This document shows positions 57,276-59,985 of a stretch of DNA of 59,985 nt, piece by piece. Position 1 is the first letter of the stretch. Each line of letters starts with the position of its first letter. The stretch lies in the NCBI GenBank assembly GCA_965365655.1, contig CBDUCN010000001.1, positions 1 to 59,985 of the forward strand. Direction: 5' to 3'. The DNA is from an uncultured Gammaproteobacteria bacterium (GTDB lineage: Bacteria; Pseudomonadota; Gammaproteobacteria; HK1). Below the pieces are notes generated by a model, which had not been told where the DNA came from, made no database searches, and saw only the letters and a list, made by a program, of their open reading frames with translations. A program made the position numbers and the translations under genes.

Positions 57276-58508
57276 ATGAGTACACGCAGGGTGATGCCGG
57301 CGGACGCCGGCCCGGCGACCCGGGCGGTGCGCGCCGGCCAGGAGCGCACCCACGAGGGGGAGCACAACGACCCCATCTTCACGACCTCGAGCTTCGTGTT
57401 CGACAGCGCGGCGCAGGCCGCGGCGCGCTTCTCGGAGACCGAGCCGGGCAACGTCTACTCACGCTTCACGAATCCCACGGTGCGCGCGTTCGAGCAGCGT
57501 CTCGCGGCGATGGAGGGCGCGCGGCACGGCGTCGCGACGGGCTCCGGCATGGGCGCGATCCTGACCACCTGCCTCGCGCTGCTGCGCGCCGGGGATCACG
57601 TGGTGGCCGCGGACAGCCTGTTCGGCTCGACCCTCGGGCTGTTCCGCAACGTGCTGGGCCGCTTCGGCGTGGAGACCGATTTCGTACCGGTCGCCGACGT
57701 CGACGCGTGGCGGGCCGCGGTCCGCCCGCACACGCGGCTGCTGTTCGTGGAGACACCCACCAACCCGCTGGCCGAGGTCGCGGACATCGCGGCCCTCTCG
57801 GCGCTCGCGCGGGACCACGATGCGCTGCTCGCGGTGGACAACTGCTACTGCACGCCGGCGCTGCAGCGCCCGCTGGAATTCGGCGCGCACGTGGTGATCC
57901 ACTCGGGCACGAAGTATCTGGACGGCCAGGGCCGCTGCGTGGGCGGCGCGGTGATCACCGACGACGACAAGGTGCGCGACGCGGTCTACGGCCTCGTGCG
58001 CACCGGCGGCACCAGCCTGAGCCCGTTCAACGCGTGGGTGTTCCTGAAGGGGCTGGAGACGCTGTCGCTGCGCATGCGCGCGCACTGCGAGGCCGCGTTG
58101 GACCTCGCGCGCTGGCTGGCCGTGCAGCCTCGCGTCACCCGGGTGCACTACCCGGGGCTCGAGCAGCACCCGCAGCACGCGCTGGCGGCGCGCCAGCAGT
58201 CCGGCTTCGGCGGCATCGTGGCCTTCGAGATCGACGGCGGGCGGGAGCAGGCCTTCGCGTTCATCGACGCGACGCAGTGGCTGTCCATCACCGCGAACTT
58301 CGGCGACGCGAAGAGCACGATCACGCACCCGGCGAGCACCACCCACGGCCGGCTGAGCGCCGCGGAGCGCGAGGAGGCCGGGGTGCGGGAGAACCTGATC
58401 CGGGTCTCGGTGGGGCTCGAGGACGTGGACGACATCCGCGCCGAGCTCGCCCGCGGCCTGGAAGCCGCCGCTGCGACCGGACGGCTGCGGCCGGCCGCGA
58501 ACGGATGA
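57276..58508 (+). CDS. metZ: O-succinylhomoserine sulfhydrylase
   Basis: PLP-dependent Cys/Met-metabolism family: TSSFVFDSAAQAAARF, NVYSRFTNPTV, HSGTKYLDGQG (PLP Lys). Start at ATG 57276 with a GGGAG RBS. Confidence 0.9.
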   Translation: MSTRRVMPADAGPATRAVRAGQERTHEGEHNDPIFTTSSFVFDSAAQAAARFSETEPGNVYSRFTNPTVRAFEQRLAAMEGARHGVATGSGMGAILTTCLALLRAGDHVVAADSLFGSTLGLFRNVLGRFGVETDFVPVADVDAWRAAVRPHTRLLFVETPTNPLAEVADIAALSALARDHDALLAVDNCYCTPALQRPLEFGAHVVIHSGTKYLDGQGRCVGGAVITDDDKVRDAVYGLVRTGGTSLSPFNAWVFLKGLETLSLRMRAHCEAALDLARWLAVQPRVTRVHYPGLEQHPQHALAARQQSGFGGIVAFEIDGGREQAFAFIDATQWLSITANFGDAKSTITHPASTTHGRLSAAEREEAGVRENLIRVSVGLEDVDDIRAELARGLEAAAATGRLRPAANG

Positions 58509-59761
58509 CCGCGCCCGGCGCGGCCACGGTGCGCGCCGCGATGCTCGCGGCGCACCGGGCGGCGCTCGACGCGGTCGGTGGGCGGCAGGCGGTGCGCCGC
58601 CACCTCGCCGCGCTGCCCGGCGACGCACGGCCGACCCACGCGGCGGCCGTCGGCAAGGCGGCCGCCGACATGATGGCGGGTGCGCTGGACGCCGTCGGCG
58701 GCGGCGTCGACGCGGCGCTGGTGATCACCAAGCACGGGCACGCAGGCGCGCTTGCAGAGCACGCGGCGCGTGTGCGCGTGCTCGAGAGCTCGCACCCGGT
58801 GCCGGACGCGAGCTGTCTCGCCGCCGGCGCGGCGCTGTGGGACTTCGTGGCCGACGCGCCACGCGACGCGCGCTTCCTGGTGATGGTCTCGGGCGGCGCG
58901 TCGGCGCTGATGGAGCACCTCGCGCCGGGGCTGGACGGCGACTTCCTCGCGCGGGTCAACGGCTGGCTGCTGGCGTCGGGACTGTCCATCGGCCCGATGA
59001 ACCGGGTACGCAAGCGCCTGTCGCGGATCAAGGGCGGGCGCCTCGCGCTGGCCCTGGATCATCGCGAGGCGCTGTGCCTGATGATCTCCGACGTGCCCGG
59101 GGACGACCCGAAGGTGATCGGCTCCGGGCCGCTGGTGCCGCACGAGCCCGCGGACATCGAGGTCGCGGACCTGGACCTCCCGCAGTGGCTGGCGCACGCG
59201 TGCGCCGATCCTCCCCCGCTCGCGCCGCCGTCCGCGTTCGACCGGGTGCTGGGCGAGGTGGTCGCGCACCCCGCGCTCGCGCGTGAGGCGGCCGCGGCGG
59301 CGCTCCGCGCGCACGACCTGCCGGTGCGCGAGCACGCGGTGCTGCTGGAGGGGGACGCAGCCGAGACCGGGGAGCACGTGGTGCGCATCGCGCGTGCCGA
59401 GCCCGGCACGGTGCAGCTCTGGAGCAGCGAGACCACGGTGCGGCTGCCGCCGTCGCCGGGCCGCGGAGGGCGCTGCCAGAGCCTGGCGCTCGCCGCCGCG
59501 CTGGCGCTGGCGCACGGTGATGCGGGCGTGGTGCTGGCCGCCGGCACGGACGGCACCGACGGCCCCGGCGAGGACGCTGGCGCGGTGGTCGATTCCGCAA
59601 CGCTGGCGCGCGGGCGCGACGCCGGGCGCGACGCCCGCCGCGACCTCGATGCCGCCGATGCGGGCAGCTTCCTGGACGCGAGCGGCGACCTGCTGCGCAC
59701 CGGGCCCACCGGCACCAACGTGATGGACCTGCTGATGGCCTGGTCGCCGCCGGCCGGCTGA
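58505..59761 (+). CDS. Glycerate 2-kinase / hydroxypyruvate reductase-like protein (DUF4147 + MOFRL domains, TtuD/GckA family)
   Basis: AVGKAAADMM, HPVPD, SGGASALM, ISDVPGDDPKVIGSGP, SETTVRL, GTDGTDGP. ATGA overlap with the metZ stop. Confidence 0.85.
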   Translation: MTAPGAATVRAAMLAAHRAALDAVGGRQAVRRHLAALPGDARPTHAAAVGKAAADMMAGALDAVGGGVDAALVITKHGHAGALAEHAARVRVLESSHPVPDASCLAAGAALWDFVADAPRDARFLVMVSGGASALMEHLAPGLDGDFLARVNGWLLASGLSIGPMNRVRKRLSRIKGGRLALALDHREALCLMISDVPGDDPKVIGSGPLVPHEPADIEVADLDLPQWLAHACADPPPLAPPSAFDRVLGEVVAHPALAREAAAAALRAHDLPVREHAVLLEGDAAETGEHVVRIARAEPGTVQLWSSETTVRLPPSPGRGGRCQSLALAAALALAHGDAGVVLAAGTDGTDGPGEDAGAVVDSATLARGRDAGRDARRDLDAADAGSFLDASGDLLRTGPTGTNVMDLLMAWSPPAG

Positions 59762-59867
59762 GCCGGCAACGGGATCGCCGCGCCCGGGGCGGCGCGTCCC
59801 GGGTCCACGGGACGCGCGCGGGCGTCGGATATACTTCACGGCCCTCCGCGGCCCGGGAAGCGTTCCG

Positions 59868-59985
59868 ATGACCACGATCAAGCAGGACGACCTCATCGCC
59901 AGCGTCGCCGACGCGCTGCAGTTCATCTCGTACTACCACCCGCTGGACTACATCCGCGCGGTGGGCGAGGCGTGGGAGCGCGAGC
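59868..59985 (+). CDS. Class I (Fe-S) fumarate hydratase, N-terminal fragment (continues beyond the right window edge)
   Basis: Own translation from ATG 59868 gives MTTIKQDDLIASVADALQFISYYHPLDYIRAVGEAWERE, matching the conserved N-terminus of class I fumarases as I recall it. Confidence 0.75.
   Translation, partial: MTTIKQDDLIASVADALQFISYYHPLDYIRAVGEAWERE

Overview
Very GC-rich (G+C not computed) ~60 kb chromosomal segment. I call 47 CDS (2 partial at the window edges), one tRNA-Ser(CGA), no rRNA, no CRISPR and no recognisable mobile element. Nearly every long ORF in the track that lies antisense to, or out of frame with, these genes is an Arg/Ala/Pro/Gly-rich shadow of the high G+C content. 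Layout, left to right: (1) minus-strand glycolate operon iclR-glcD-glcE-glcF, followed by a CitE-like CoA lyase and a TPR protein. (2) TM2-domain protein, a tartronate-semialdehyde-reductase-like dehydrogenase, and a family-5 solute-binding lipoprotein translationally coupled to an L,D-transpeptidase. (3) An accessory-looking lipid-signal locus (10.1-21.3 kb): RpfF/DSF-synthase-like crotonase, a divergent ACP + ketosynthase + COG1033-type RND exporter, an RpfC-like hybrid histidine kinase, a REC-EAL protein, a sensor-less histidine kinase and an OmpR-type regulator. A near-identical 10-bp-phased direct-repeat box occurs in two promoter regions of this locus. (4) tRNA-Ser, then a gene-poor 1.7 kb stretch. 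(5) Pat-like acyl-CoA-synthetase/GNAT protein and an Fe-type alcohol dehydrogenase. (6) Minus-strand ileS (Thermus-like type 2) - M48 peptidase - RND adaptor - RND pump - dgkA. (7) Lipoprotein, HU, dapD, queG. (8) A housekeeping block with beta/gamma-proteobacterial synteny: leuD-leuB-asd-fimV-truA-trpF-trpB-trpA-accD-folC-SPOR-cvpA-purF-metZ, then glycerate kinase and the start of a class I fumarase. The two most interesting results are: (a) a complete canonical T-box riboswitch with an Ile (AUC) specifier region in the ileS leader, a regulatory RNA class not expected in this taxonomic context; (b) the DSF-like synthesis/export/sensing locus, which has a non-canonical gene set. All protein calls come from motif recognition by eye and memory. 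No database search was run.
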